Assembly: GCA_963751455.1 (NCBI GenBank)
Contig: CAVVUN010000006.1
Location: 64,001-128,000 of the forward strand
Direction: 5' to 3'
Origin: Nitrospirota bacterium
GTDB lineage: Bacteria > Nitrospirota > UBA9217
Length of the DNA: 64,000 nucleotides
Under the pieces are notes generated by a model. That model did not search any database, had not been told where the DNA came from, and saw only the letters and a program-made list of their open reading frames with translations. A program made the translations under genes and the position numbers. Shown piece by piece: positions 31,726 through 41,313 of the stretch. How positions within the stretch are numbered: position 1 is the stretch's first letter; each line of letters opens with the position of its first letter.

Positions 31726-32151
31726 TTAGGAAGAATGAGAAGGGGGAGAGATTCCTGATCTGGAGAAACAATAATGGGACGAACGTGCCTGATGCAAAAG
31801 AGAGACATGATGACTACGGTTCGCACTCTGGAAAGGTTTCAAGGTGAAATGAGAGGCAGCATCTTTATATTCGAATGACTTGTTCGCTGGTGAGCAGTTG
31901 CTGAAGTCCGGAGTTGAGAAGATAAATTCTTTCGAATGTTTCGTTTTTTTAAATTGCTGCCACAGAATAATATCGAACAACAGGGGCGCAGTATTCCGGT
32001 GATCCTGCACAATCCTGTATGACGACGTACCCGCAGACATCGCGGCCTTTTGCTGAACGGACGCAAGGGATGACATCGGCGGCAGGATAAACCCGGCAAA
32101 GTAGATCAGCAGGATCCATGAGCCTATTTTATGCAGTTTCATACTACGCAT
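31726..32151 (-). CDS. Hypothetical protein with N-terminal TM and C-terminal SGISPP motif (candidate arrest peptide)
   Basis: Hydrophobic N-terminus; ends FSRSGISPPSHSS; same layout as 34543-34962. Confidence 0.6.
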   Translation of the reverse strand: MRSMKLHKIGSWILLIYFAGFILPPMSSLASVQQKAAMSAGTSSYRIVQDHRNTAPLLFDIILWQQFKKTKHSKEFIFSTPDFSNCSPANKSFEYKDAASHFTLKPFQSANRSHHVSLLHQARSSHYCFSRSGISPPSHSS

Positions 32152-32297
32152 GGACTACTTTAACACGAGATCATTCATCGTGTAAATTAAATTCGAAGAC
32201 CAGTTTCTTATTTCATTCGCTTTCAAATTCTTTTTCATCCTTTTTTCGTATCCAATTCCATATTTTATGGTATATTTTGCTACTCCGTGATTCCGTT

Positions 32298-33776
32298 TTA
32301 TCTCCTATGTTTTCCCGCTAAATTAATCTTCAATTTCTGGCCCACACGCAGGTAACTATTCGGACGGATCCTGTTCAGTTGTGCAATTGCCCGGATGCTC
32401 GTACGATAGCGCAGCGCAAGGAGAGAAAGAGTTTCCCCTCTCCTTACCCGGTGAAACAAGTAAGCTCTTTGCGGAGCCGTCCAGACCGGAATTGTGTCAA
32501 GGCCCGAAAGCAGGATCCCGCCCATGCCCTGATGAACCTTAAGGGGATACGGCACGCCCGGCGTGACGTCGCGGCGCAGCTCCGGGTTCAATGCAGCGAG
32601 TTCTTCGAATGAGACTTGAAGCGCTTCCGCTACCGACTTCAGGTGCACCTGTTTTTCGACTGTGACGACATCATAGCGCCGGGGTTCCTCTCCCTCTTCA
32701 AGCACGATGCCGTAATGCAAAGGATCCTTCAATATGGCCAGTACGGCAAGAAAGCGCGGATAATTCCGCACAGTATCGTACGGGAGCCGGTCATACAAAA
32801 CCCAGAAATTATCGAAGTAGTTTATCTTATGCTGACGGATCACATTCATTATCGCGCCTTCACCGTAATCGTAGGCTGCTAGAACCGGGGCCCAGTCTCC
32901 GAATATGCTGTACAATTCCTTCAAATAGGCGATCGCAGCAAACGTGGATTTCGCGGGGTCCATTCTCTCGTCGAGCCACTCATTCCTCATAAGGCCGAAT
33001 TTATACCCAGTCGATGGGATAAATTGCCAGAGGCCGAGTGCACGGCTGCGCGAGAGCGTCTCGGGCCTGAACCCGCTTACAATTAAAGGAATCCATGACA
33101 GCTCTTCCGGCAGCCCTGCGTCCTTCAGTGCCCGCACGATTTCTCCGCGGTAACTGCGGGAACGTTTGTAGGCTTCAATAAAGGACGCCCGTTCTTGTTT
33201 TTTGAACCGCTCAATCTCGAGCTCCACATGCGTGTTTATCGTGAGCGGTATCGCGTTCCGGCTGCCGTTCCTCGCAATATACCGTGACGAGTATAGTTCG
33301 AGGATGCTTCGAGAAATCGTAAACCTGATTTCTTCTTTCTGCCGTATCAGTTTGGAATCGTCGCCGGGGTCAACCTGCAGGGTGAGGGCATATGCCTGGT
33401 CAAGGGATTCAAGCGCGTTATCCAGCTCTCCCCCTGCCAGATACTCCCGGGATGTTTCGGTGAGCTCAAGCGCCGCGTCAAGAGCAGATTGTTTGCCGCT
33501 GTCTATTTCCTCGCTTTCTTCGACATCCGCGCTATCGTTCGAGCGATCTCCGGAACCTGCTTTATCCGCGTCGCCGCCGCTTTTGTCCTCTCCGGAAAAG
33601 GCAATAGCCGGCGCTTCCTGCCCGGAAACCGTTTCCGGATGAATTCCGGGCATTGCCGCGTTCCGGCTGTCGGCATCTGCTGCTTTTGCCGAATAACAGC
33701 CGCTGATGAGCGCACCGGACACCAGCAGAGCTGACACGGTGAAAATAAATGTACTGATGGATTTGGAAATGGTCAT
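32298..33776 (-). CDS. MltD-like lytic transglycosylase lipoprotein with LysM; catalytic Glu replaced
   Basis: Lipobox ISGC; 'ALGLWQFIPSTG', 'DERMDP..ST.AA..YL', LysM 'HRVRRGETLS'; motif I reads LIVSGF instead of IESGF. Confidence 0.85.
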   Translation of the reverse strand: MTISKSISTFIFTVSALLVSGALISGCYSAKAADADSRNAAMPGIHPETVSGQEAPAIAFSGEDKSGGDADKAGSGDRSNDSADVEESEEIDSGKQSALDAALELTETSREYLAGGELDNALESLDQAYALTLQVDPGDDSKLIRQKEEIRFTISRSILELYSSRYIARNGSRNAIPLTINTHVELEIERFKKQERASFIEAYKRSRSYRGEIVRALKDAGLPEELSWIPLIVSGFRPETLSRSRALGLWQFIPSTGYKFGLMRNEWLDERMDPAKSTFAAIAYLKELYSIFGDWAPVLAAYDYGEGAIMNVIRQHKINYFDNFWVLYDRLPYDTVRNYPRFLAVLAILKDPLHYGIVLEEGEEPRRYDVVTVEKQVHLKSVAEALQVSFEELAALNPELRRDVTPGVPYPLKVHQGMGGILLSGLDTIPVWTAPQRAYLFHRVRRGETLSLLALRYRTSIRAIAQLNRIRPNSYLRVGQKLKINLAGKHRR

Positions 33777-33814
33777 GCCTCACCTTTCAGCTTTATCCGC
33801 GCGTAATGTACTGC

Positions 33815-34342
33815 TTACTCGGAGGCTGCTGTAAAATCGCCTCTTCTGTTTTCCTGACGGCAATCCTCGGTACTCTGGCTGCATACGGGCTTTTCCTTCC
33901 CATAACTGATAAGCAAAATGCGGGTTGACGAAATGCCGAGATCCGTTAAATATGTCTTTGCGCTCTTTGCCCTGCGCTGGCCGAGAGCCTGATTATATTC
34001 TCTGGTGCCGCGGTCGTCACAGTTGCCTTCTACACGGATCCTGACGCCGGGATTGGCCTTCAGCCACTGAGCATTCGCATGCATGACGGCCCGTGCCTCT
34101 TCGCGGATAACTGAGCTGTCGAAATCAAAGAACACGGGCTGTAGACCGGCTGTTCCGGCAGCCGCCCTCTCCTGAACTTCTTCTTTCCCCTCAGCCCCGG
34201 CCTCTGCCTCGGGAACCGGTGCAGGTTCAACCTTCTGCGCTTCAGGTATGGATGCGAGTTCGGCTTTCTTCGGACACCCCGAGAGAGAGAACAGACCCGC
34301 TGCAAGAACAAGCACAAAACAGAACATCTTCAAAGTCTTCAT
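33815..34342 (-). CDS. pal: Peptidoglycan-associated lipoprotein
   Basis: Lipobox LSGC; FFDFDS, EGNCDDRGTREYNQALGQRRA, SYGKEKP, NRR. Confidence 0.92.
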   Translation of the reverse strand: MKTLKMFCFVLVLAAGLFSLSGCPKKAELASIPEAQKVEPAPVPEAEAGAEGKEEVQERAAAGTAGLQPVFFDFDSSVIREEARAVMHANAQWLKANPGVRIRVEGNCDDRGTREYNQALGQRRAKSAKTYLTDLGISSTRILLISYGKEKPVCSQSTEDCRQENRRGDFTAASE

Positions 34343-34542
34343 AGAATCCTCCTTGGTATAGTATGGAAACAAGATGCCAATTGTATCATCCATGATCGGA
34401 GTTCAGCTTAACCCGTCAGGGTGCCAACCACGGCGAAGGTCACCGGCTGATGTGATACAGCATGCTATTTTTTTAAATTGGGCATGAGCGACGGGCAATA
34501 GAACGCGTTTTCATTTCAGCGCTTCCTTCGGAGTCGGGAGAA

Positions 34543-34962
34543 TTACGCAGAGGGAGGTGATATACCTGAATGGTAGTATGGAAATCCGTTCGGACAGTTT
34601 GAGGTGTCATCCGGGATTTGCAAGGGAACAATTGAAATTTTGAATGAAGACTCGAAATCGGAGAATTTGGCGTAATGCGGAAATAACTTTTCTATTATAT
34701 CTTTGAATGAGGGCGCAATTGCCCGTTTCTTTTTCAGGAGAACATGTCCTGCTGACGAATCATCTGCATCTTGATCTTCGGCAGGAACAAACCGCAGATT
34801 TTGTTCAAGGACCTGCAACTGAACATGCGTGAGAGAGGTGTAATTATGATCTGACAATGTTTCTTGTTGTGCGCTTCTCGTTGAGTATAACAAAGGCAAA
34901 AGTGCATAAAAGAGATAAAAGCTGAGCACCAATACATTTATGAATTTATCTCTTCTGTTCAT
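34543..34962 (-). CDS. Hypothetical protein with N-terminal TM and C-terminal SGISPP motif (candidate arrest peptide)
   Basis: Hydrophobic N-terminus; ends YYHSGISPPSA. Confidence 0.6.
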   Translation of the reverse strand: MNRRDKFINVLVLSFYLFYALLPLLYSTRSAQQETLSDHNYTSLTHVQLQVLEQNLRFVPAEDQDADDSSAGHVLLKKKRAIAPSFKDIIEKLFPHYAKFSDFESSFKISIVPLQIPDDTSNCPNGFPYYHSGISPPSA

Positions 34963-35094
34963 TGCACTTTAGTAATAACCGGTGTCCGGCAAATTGTCAA
35001 GCTCATTTTGGCGGCGCGCCTCCGCGAGAAGAGGCGGAACAACGATAAGGTTTCTGGACTCTCAGGAATGATCTCAAGCAGCTATCACGTTCAT

Positions 35095-36462
35095 TTACGT
35101 AGTATCCTTTGCTTTTCCGAAGTATTTTTTTAGTTTGTCAATCCGGACGAGCACCGCTGTGCTGACGGTTTTCTTTCTCAGTTGGAAGTGAATGTCGCCG
35201 GTGTCCCTCATCTCGCTGCCTGTCTGCACTGACAGCGAAGACGACTTTGCGAGCGCAAGGACCTGGCTCGGGTAAACGCTGCGGTGTCCGGTCATGAGAT
35301 AGCTGATGATGCAGGCCACAGCGGCATACGGCGCTACTTCAGGTCCGAAAAGCTCTATAGCCATGATGCTCGCGGAGATCGGAGTATTTGCAGCTCCGGC
35401 AAGAAGAGCGACCATTCCGATTGAAGAAAACAAAGTCAAATCGAAACCCATAACGCTGCCAAAGGCGCTTCCGGCAGTCGACCCCACGAAGAATATGGGA
35501 GTGACGATCCCGCCGCTGCCGCCGAACCCGAGGGTGATCGCCGTAAACAGCATCTTGAGAACAAAAGCGCCTGCAGGGGCATCTCTTCCTTCAAGTACGT
35601 TCTTTATCGTGTCCAGGCCGAGGCCAAGATAATACGTCGAAAACAGAAGCGAAAGCCCGACCAGGACGATACCGCCGATTAAGCCCTTGTATGGCGTCCA
35701 GACCTTCAGCCTGCGGCCCAGTCGATGGAACAGACCCAGCATTTCAATAAGCATAAGCGAACAGAGGCCGAAGAACAATCCGGCGAGAGAGACTTTCAGA
35801 AAAAAGAAGCCGCTGAATGCGGGAATCACGCAGTGCAGTCCATGGAAGTAAGTTACCCCCAGTGCAGTGGAAACCTGATATCCTACTATCCCGGCAACAA
35901 AAGACGGGAGCAGCACATCGTACAGCATGCTCCCTACGAACAGTACTTCAACTCCAAACAGCGCGCCTGCAATGGGTGTACCGAAGACCGTTGCGAAGCC
36001 TGCGCTGATCCCGCAGATAACCAGTTTTTTCCTGTCCCTGTCCCCGAAGCGAAATAATCGGGAAAAACCCGAGGAAAGAGCGGCCCCGATCTGGGCTGCC
36101 GGTCCTTCCTTCCCGGCGGAACCGCCGAAAGCTATGGTAATGACGGTGGCCACGAGCTTGACGGGAACGACCGCAAGCTTCATTCTTCCGGAATGCCGGT
36201 GCACGGCCTCGATAATCTTCTCCGTACCATGACCTTCAGCATCAGGGGCAAATACTTTTACGATGAGGGCGCTGAAAAACAGCGCGGCCGGCAGTAACAG
36301 ATAATAGGACTGATAGCCACCGGCGCAGGAAATACCGAGGCCGAGCGCCTTCAGAAAAACGGTTGTGGAAATCCCAACGATGACACCGATGCAGGTAGCC
36401 AGAAGCAGCCATTTCACGATGCTGATAAAAAGAACCGATTCCTCGACTATTTTTTCTCTCAT
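35095..36462 (-). CDS. ClC-family chloride channel / antiporter
   Basis: GSAGKEGP, FGTPIAGALF, GGIVTPIF; ATG 36462 preferred. Confidence 0.92.
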   Translation of the reverse strand: MREKIVEESVLFISIVKWLLLATCIGVIVGISTTVFLKALGLGISCAGGYQSYYLLLPAALFFSALIVKVFAPDAEGHGTEKIIEAVHRHSGRMKLAVVPVKLVATVITIAFGGSAGKEGPAAQIGAALSSGFSRLFRFGDRDRKKLVICGISAGFATVFGTPIAGALFGVEVLFVGSMLYDVLLPSFVAGIVGYQVSTALGVTYFHGLHCVIPAFSGFFFLKVSLAGLFFGLCSLMLIEMLGLFHRLGRRLKVWTPYKGLIGGIVLVGLSLLFSTYYLGLGLDTIKNVLEGRDAPAGAFVLKMLFTAITLGFGGSGGIVTPIFFVGSTAGSAFGSVMGFDLTLFSSIGMVALLAGAANTPISASIMAIELFGPEVAPYAAVACIISYLMTGHRSVYPSQVLALAKSSSLSVQTGSEMRDTGDIHFQLRKKTVSTAVLVRIDKLKKYFGKAKDTT

Positions 36463-36691
36463 ACCGACCCGGGGCTTAACGGTAAAATCCCATCCGTTGA
36501 TAGAAAAAACGGGCGCCGAAGGCATGGCAATCTTCGGCACCGCAAATGATACAGTGCTGCAGCTGATGCAATCCGGAGGGGAAACTTACCCGGATCTGAT
36601 TCTGCCACTTTGGAATCCTTTCTCGACTGCACTGAAAATATTTCCCATTTCCGTTTTTTAAAGTATAATTGCAATACGTCGTTTGTTCAAT

Positions 36692-36711
36692 TTAGTTTGT
36701 ACACAAATTAA
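36692..36711. promoter_or_regulatory. Palindromic operator, probably for the adjacent MarR regulator
   Basis: TTAGTTTGT-AC-ACAAATTAA between divergent ClC and marR. Confidence 0.6.
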
Positions 36712-36822
36712 TATCACTACGGTTCACCTTTGTCAAGGACCAGTTTTCTTACAGAGGGGATGATTATTCGCGTGACGGGAAGGCGTGTAAAGATTTTACC
36801 GGAGAATAAAGGGAGACGCAGC

Positions 36823-37365
36823 ATGGGGGAAAGAACCGATACTGTAGCGGATATTATCGACAACATCCGGCGGGTTTTTCAGGTCGTCAATGAACATTCA
36901 AAACGTGCTGAGCGTTCAACCGGCATAACAGGTCCGCAATTATGGGCCATCAAAACGATTGCCGATGGAGCGCCCATTATGGTATCTGAAATCGCATCAA
37001 GAATGCACCTGCATGCAGCAACTGTGGTAGGCATACTGGACCGCCTGGAAGCACGCGGCCTTGTCCTGCGCGTCCGCTCCTTTCAAGACCGCCGGGTCGT
37101 CCGGGTCGAGCTGACCGATCAGGGGAAAAGACTGGTCAAAAAAGCGCCTGAAGTGGCCCAGGGACTTCTCGTGGCCGGACTGGAGCGGCTAAAAACAAAG
37201 CAGCTCAAAAATATTGCGGTAAGTCTCGATGAACTTGTGGAAATTCTGGGAGCCCAGGGAATACCGCCCAAACTGATCCTCTCGCCCGAAGTGAACAAAC
37301 CGGTAAAAGGCAGGTCGAAACTGAAACTGTCCGGAAAGAAGCCGCGGTCTCGCAGCCCAAAATAG
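36823..37365 (+). CDS. MarR-family transcriptional regulator
   Basis: 'GITGPQLWA', 'TVVGILDRLEARGLV.R...DRR...V.LT..G'. Confidence 0.92.
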   Translation: MGERTDTVADIIDNIRRVFQVVNEHSKRAERSTGITGPQLWAIKTIADGAPIMVSEIASRMHLHAATVVGILDRLEARGLVLRVRSFQDRRVVRVELTDQGKRLVKKAPEVAQGLLVAGLERLKTKQLKNIAVSLDELVEILGAQGIPPKLILSPEVNKPVKGRSKLKLSGKKPRSRSPK

Positions 37366-37409
37366 GCAGGCGATGCAGCATACAATCTCTTTACGGTAAC
37401 CTCCATCAA

Positions 37410-37443
37410 AAGAGAGCCGGGAGTGTAATATTCCGGCTCTCTT
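37410..37443. terminator. Hairpin between convergent genes
   Basis: AAGAGAGCCGG...CCGGCTCTCTT. Confidence 0.6.
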
Positions 37444-37473
37444 CCTCTGTATATCCTGACAAGCCCCCTAAAA

Positions 37474-37842
37474 TCACGCCGCTTTCATCATCTTGGCCAT
37501 CTGGCGGCAGGTATCGGCACAGGCCCTGCACTTCTGGGCACAGTCCTTCATCTGGTCGTCACCTTGGAACTGGTCGCAGCTTTTCGCGCATTGTTCACAG
37601 ACATCCGCACATATTCCGCAGATCTGGCCGTGAAACGGCGATTCCCGCAGCATGTAGTCTGCGCTTATATCGCAAATCCTGGCGCAATCAATAAGCAACC
37701 CCATGTGTGAGGCCTCTACGTGCTTTCCTCCCATATGACTGCAGTAATTGATCGATTCAAGACAACTGCTTGCGCACGCAGTCGCGTTTGCGATGGCCCG
37801 CTGCATGGTGGTGTCCATTCTGCTCATCACGGTTTGTGCCAT
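37474..37842 (-). CDS. Cys-rich four-helix-bundle copper storage protein (Csp3 / DUF326-like)
   Basis: Repeated CxxxC and CxxC units; no signal peptide. Confidence 0.88.
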   Translation of the reverse strand: MAQTVMSRMDTTMQRAIANATACASSCLESINYCSHMGGKHVEASHMGLLIDCARICDISADYMLRESPFHGQICGICADVCEQCAKSCDQFQGDDQMKDCAQKCRACADTCRQMAKMMKAA

Positions 37843-38030
37843 TTCTTCCTCCTTTTTTGAGAGCCGGCTTTAACCGGTTCGTTTTCCTCTTGCAGAGAAT
37901 ACTCTCCTTTGCATCCACTTGTTAATAGAGCTAGCACATCCGCGCTCAGATATCAACCTCGTCACGCAATAGGTATGATGAAAGACTATGGATGTGGAAG
38001 AATGATTTTCTTTCTGTGATACAATCGGAT

Positions 38031-38352
38031 ATGAAGATCGGACGCAGAATCCTCGGCAAAACCGGAGTTGACATAAGCATGTTGGGTCTGGGGGGCAAAG
38101 GAGTGCTTCGGACGTACGGGTACGACAAGAAAGCGTATGCGCTGATAAATCGCGCTCTTGATCTCGGCGTTAACTACTACTGTGAATCAGCACGGGCATA
38201 TTCAGGGAGCGAGGCATATTACGGCAGGGCGCTGAAAGAGCGGCGCAATGGGATATTCCTGACAAGCAAGTCGCATGCGCGTGACAAGGTTGAAGCCCTC
38301 AACCACCTTCAGCAGACATTAAAGAATATGAAGACGGACCATCTGGACCTCA
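38031..38352 (+). pseudogene. Truncated aldo/keto reductase
   Basis: 'RRILGKTG..S.LGLGG', 'ALDLGVNY..SARAY', 'TL.NMKTDHLDL', then similarity stops abruptly. Confidence 0.8.
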
Positions 38353-38427
38353 GAAGGTTTCCTCTCTTCATGCCGCTGCTGAATTTCCCTTCCGAGCTCT
38401 ATTTTCTTTCTTGCCCAAAGCTTGTCA

Positions 38428-38826
38428 TTACCGGGCGTCAACATTAAAGGTATTGGTCATCGCCGGCTTTCCCGGCTGGGTGACAGTTACATCCGTTTTC
38501 CAGCCTCCTTCCATGGCCGCATTTGCTGTAAACATGTATTTGTCACCATGCAGCATTGCCTGAGTCATGGTCTCCATGGGCGCCATTCCGGGCATCGGCG
38601 GCATATAAAAACGCACGTCCACCTTTGCATCCGTCACTGCCTTTCCTGACGCATCACTCACTTTGACAGTCATTTTGTTATCGCCCTTCACGAGCGGATA
38701 GCTCTCTGCTTTCAGCGTGATGTTCATTCCGCCGGTGCTCTTCTGGGATTCGTAACCCCTGGAGCATGCGCCTAAAACCACGAGCGAAACTGCTAATACA
38801 AAAACCGGCAAGATATTCCTTTTCAT
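38428..38826 (-). CDS. YtkA/FixH-like Met-rich lipoprotein (copper-related)
   Basis: Lipobox LGAC; 'MPPMPGMAPM', 'MEGGW'. Confidence 0.75.
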   Translation of the reverse strand: MKRNILPVFVLAVSLVVLGACSRGYESQKSTGGMNITLKAESYPLVKGDNKMTVKVSDASGKAVTDAKVDVRFYMPPMPGMAPMETMTQAMLHGDKYMFTANAAMEGGWKTDVTVTQPGKPAMTNTFNVDAR

Positions 38827-38883
38827 GTTTCTAAAACCTCCTGTTTTTTAATTTATGAGCTCGCACTATTTACAACAATGTAT

Positions 38884-38899
38884 TGCAACCGATATGCCA
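38884..38899 (-). promoter_or_regulatory. sigma54 (-24/-12) promoter
   Basis: Minus strand TGGCATATCGGTTGCA, GG-N10-GC, about 60 bp upstream of the YtkA-like gene. Confidence 0.75.
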
Positions 38900-39115
38900 G
38901 AATATTTTCTTTTAAATACGGTTATTTTCAAATTTAGATTTCGGATTATTGTATCTGGTCGTTATAAAGCTGCAGGATATCCTACAATTGTTTCATCAGA
39001 AATTGTCAAAAACAGCATCCGAGCCCTGCATTCTACCCCAGGGTTGACATTTACTCCCGCTGGTGCTGCAATCATTAGTAATTGGTAATCACAACGGCAC
39101 GTGGAGGTTACAACC

Positions 39116-40741
39116 ATGAGCAACTCGGGCACTCCGGGTATTCTCCAGGGTGCACTGGCCGGCGCTATGCTGACTGCAGCGCTGATCGCTGTCTTTTATG
39201 CGGGATGGCGGCTTGCGGACCTGCCCTTTGTCCCGTTTGATCTGTTCGACTGGCTTACCCGCGTACTGCCCGGGGCAATCATCGAATTCGTAATCGGCAT
39301 CATGGTCAGTGCCATTCGCGGCTTGCACCTTGGACCGACTTCCGTTGTTGCCAAGCTGATCGAGCAGGCCATGGGGATCGCCAACCTGTTTATCTCAGGC
39401 GTTGTTGCGGGCGCTGTTCTCTTCAGTGTGCTGCGAGCGCTTCGGGGACGCTACGCGTACCTGCTGGGATTCGTCCTGGGATTGATCGCTGCTATACCGG
39501 CGGTGCTGATCAGTTCCTTTCCCGGGAAGACAGCAGCGGCCCCGCCGACAGTCAGCGCGCTCTGGATCCTGGCGGTCTTTGTCTTATGGGGCATGGCGCT
39601 CAGTGCGGTTTATCAGCGGCTGGCGGCCATCAGCGCCCTTGTCGGCCCGGAATCAGACGTTCAGGCGGCCGTTCACCGGGTAAACCGGCGTCAATTTTTG
39701 ATCAAGCTTGCCGGATACACGGCGACCATTACCGTAAGCGGAGCAGTGCTCGGCATGCTGTCGGAACGCCACAGCCGTATGAGGTTGGCGAGCCTCAAGA
39801 CCTGGTCCGCGACTCATGTCCTGCCGAACGCTGACGCCGCTGTGAAGCCTGCGCCCGGCACCCGGCCCGAATATACTCCCCTGGAACGGCATTACCGTAT
39901 CGATATCAATACAATCCCGCCGAGAATCGACGGCCAGAGCTGGAGACTCGAGGTCAAGGGACTGATCGAACAGCCCCTGTCCCTTACGCTTGATCAGCTC
40001 CGGCAGTACGAACCCACACACCAGTTCATCACCCTTTCCTGCATCTCAAACCCGGTCGGCGGCGATCTTATCGGCACGACCCGCTGGACCGGGGTCAGCC
40101 TGAAGCGCCTCCTGCCGGACCTCCACCTGAAGCCCAATGCAACCCATCTGAAGCTCCGGTCAGCTGACCGTTTCTGGGAGGTCATACCGATCGAGACAAT
40201 CAATGCGGACGAACGGCTGATGCTGGTCTACGCCTGGGACGGAGTTCCGCTTCTTGAGAAACACGGCTTTCCGCTGCGGGTCTATATTCCCGACATACAC
40301 GGGATGAAGCAGCCCAAGTGGATCGAGTCCATCGAGGCAACGGGCCAATGGGAACCGGGCTACTGGGTGGTCCGCGGCTGGGACCGGGTCGCTCGCATGA
40401 AGGCGACGTCGGTCATCGACGCTGTGGCCGTGGATATGGACATCATCAACGCCACTCCTGAAATGCGCGTGCCCATCGGCGGAATTGCTCACGCAGGGGC
40501 GCGCGCGATCTCGAAGGTCGAAGTGCGGGTCGACAACGGCCCCTGGCAGCAGGCCTTGCTGCGCACGCCGCTATCGGACCTGACCTGGGTCATCTGGCGC
40601 TTTGACTGGCCCTTCAAACCCGGCGAGCATACGTTCACGGTACGCTGTTATGACGGGAACGGCGCTCCGCAGATCATTGACTCAAGACCGCCTGCGCCCA
40701 ATGGAGCTTCAGGCCTTCACCGGAAAACACAGAAGTTCTGA
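39116..40741 (+). CDS. Polytopic membrane sulfite-oxidase-family molybdoenzyme
   Basis: N-terminal TM bundle, internal NRRQFL, Mo-ligand 'TLSCISNPVGG', 'HGFPLR', 'KQPKW', Ig-like C-terminus. Confidence 0.9.
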   Translation: MSNSGTPGILQGALAGAMLTAALIAVFYAGWRLADLPFVPFDLFDWLTRVLPGAIIEFVIGIMVSAIRGLHLGPTSVVAKLIEQAMGIANLFISGVVAGAVLFSVLRALRGRYAYLLGFVLGLIAAIPAVLISSFPGKTAAAPPTVSALWILAVFVLWGMALSAVYQRLAAISALVGPESDVQAAVHRVNRRQFLIKLAGYTATITVSGAVLGMLSERHSRMRLASLKTWSATHVLPNADAAVKPAPGTRPEYTPLERHYRIDINTIPPRIDGQSWRLEVKGLIEQPLSLTLDQLRQYEPTHQFITLSCISNPVGGDLIGTTRWTGVSLKRLLPDLHLKPNATHLKLRSADRFWEVIPIETINADERLMLVYAWDGVPLLEKHGFPLRVYIPDIHGMKQPKWIESIEATGQWEPGYWVVRGWDRVARMKATSVIDAVAVDMDIINATPEMRVPIGGIAHAGARAISKVEVRVDNGPWQQALLRTPLSDLTWVIWRFDWPFKPGEHTFTVRCYDGNGAPQIIDSRPPAPNGASGLHRKTQKF

Positions 40742-40784
40742 GCCGCAGTATAATATTCTGTGTCGATAATAACGATAATTTTTA

Positions 40785-40952
40785 GTAACTACTCAGGTCA
40801 TTTCTTCATCCGCAGATTACGCAGATTTCGCAGATAAAAACAAAACCCGAATTCTGGTTTTAAAATCTGCGTCCATCTGCGAAATCTGCGGATAGAAGGT
40901 TTTTTCTCAGACTTTGTCTTAATGCCGTTCTAAAAAGAAGCTGAATTGTTAC
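40785..40952. mobile_element. MITE family B, intact copy with 8-bp TSD
   Basis: TIR GTAACTACTCAG / CTGAATTGTTAC; AATTTTTA at 40777-40784 and 40953-40960; near-identical to 59188-59346. Confidence 0.85.
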
Positions 40953-41071
40953 AATTTTTAAAACATAATGAAACAATGTGTGACCTTGCTCAGAAATTTG
41001 AGCTATTTTTATCTTTTTGTTTGACAATACAACCATAGTTTGATAATTATGCGAATAAAGTTAACGAGTCA

Positions 41072-41237
41072 TCCTGAAAAAAGCAGTTGGACACGGATAA
41101 AATCTGATCAACACGGATTTATAGGAAGTTACGAACAGTAATGGATTCACCCAAAAGGCGAGATGGCTTTTTGCTCTATCACATTGTTTTGATCCGCTGT
41201 TTCCGTGTTCATCCGTGTTCAAATGCCGTTTTTAGGG
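41072..41237. mobile_element. MITE family A, copy 2 (166 bp, TSD TCA)
   Basis: Near-identical to 8529-8692; TCA at 41069-41071 and 41238-41240. Confidence 0.85.
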
Positions 41238-41313
41238 TCATGCATATGTATATGTTTTCATGAAGACGACCCAGCTTTAAAAATCTAAAAGCATATTCTA
41301 AAGGAGGGTACTT

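Noticed and set aside
36463-36690. Fluoride riboswitch upstream of the ClC gene
   Set aside because: No GGCGATGG...TGATG-type consensus seen, and the ClC signature is GHGTE/GKEGP rather than the fluoride-exporter type.
40785-40952. Short repeats (cgcagat/atctgcg, acacggat) as a possible CRISPR array
   Set aside because: They are inverted repeats inside TIR/TSD-bounded MITEs; no regular repeat-spacer period and no cas genes.
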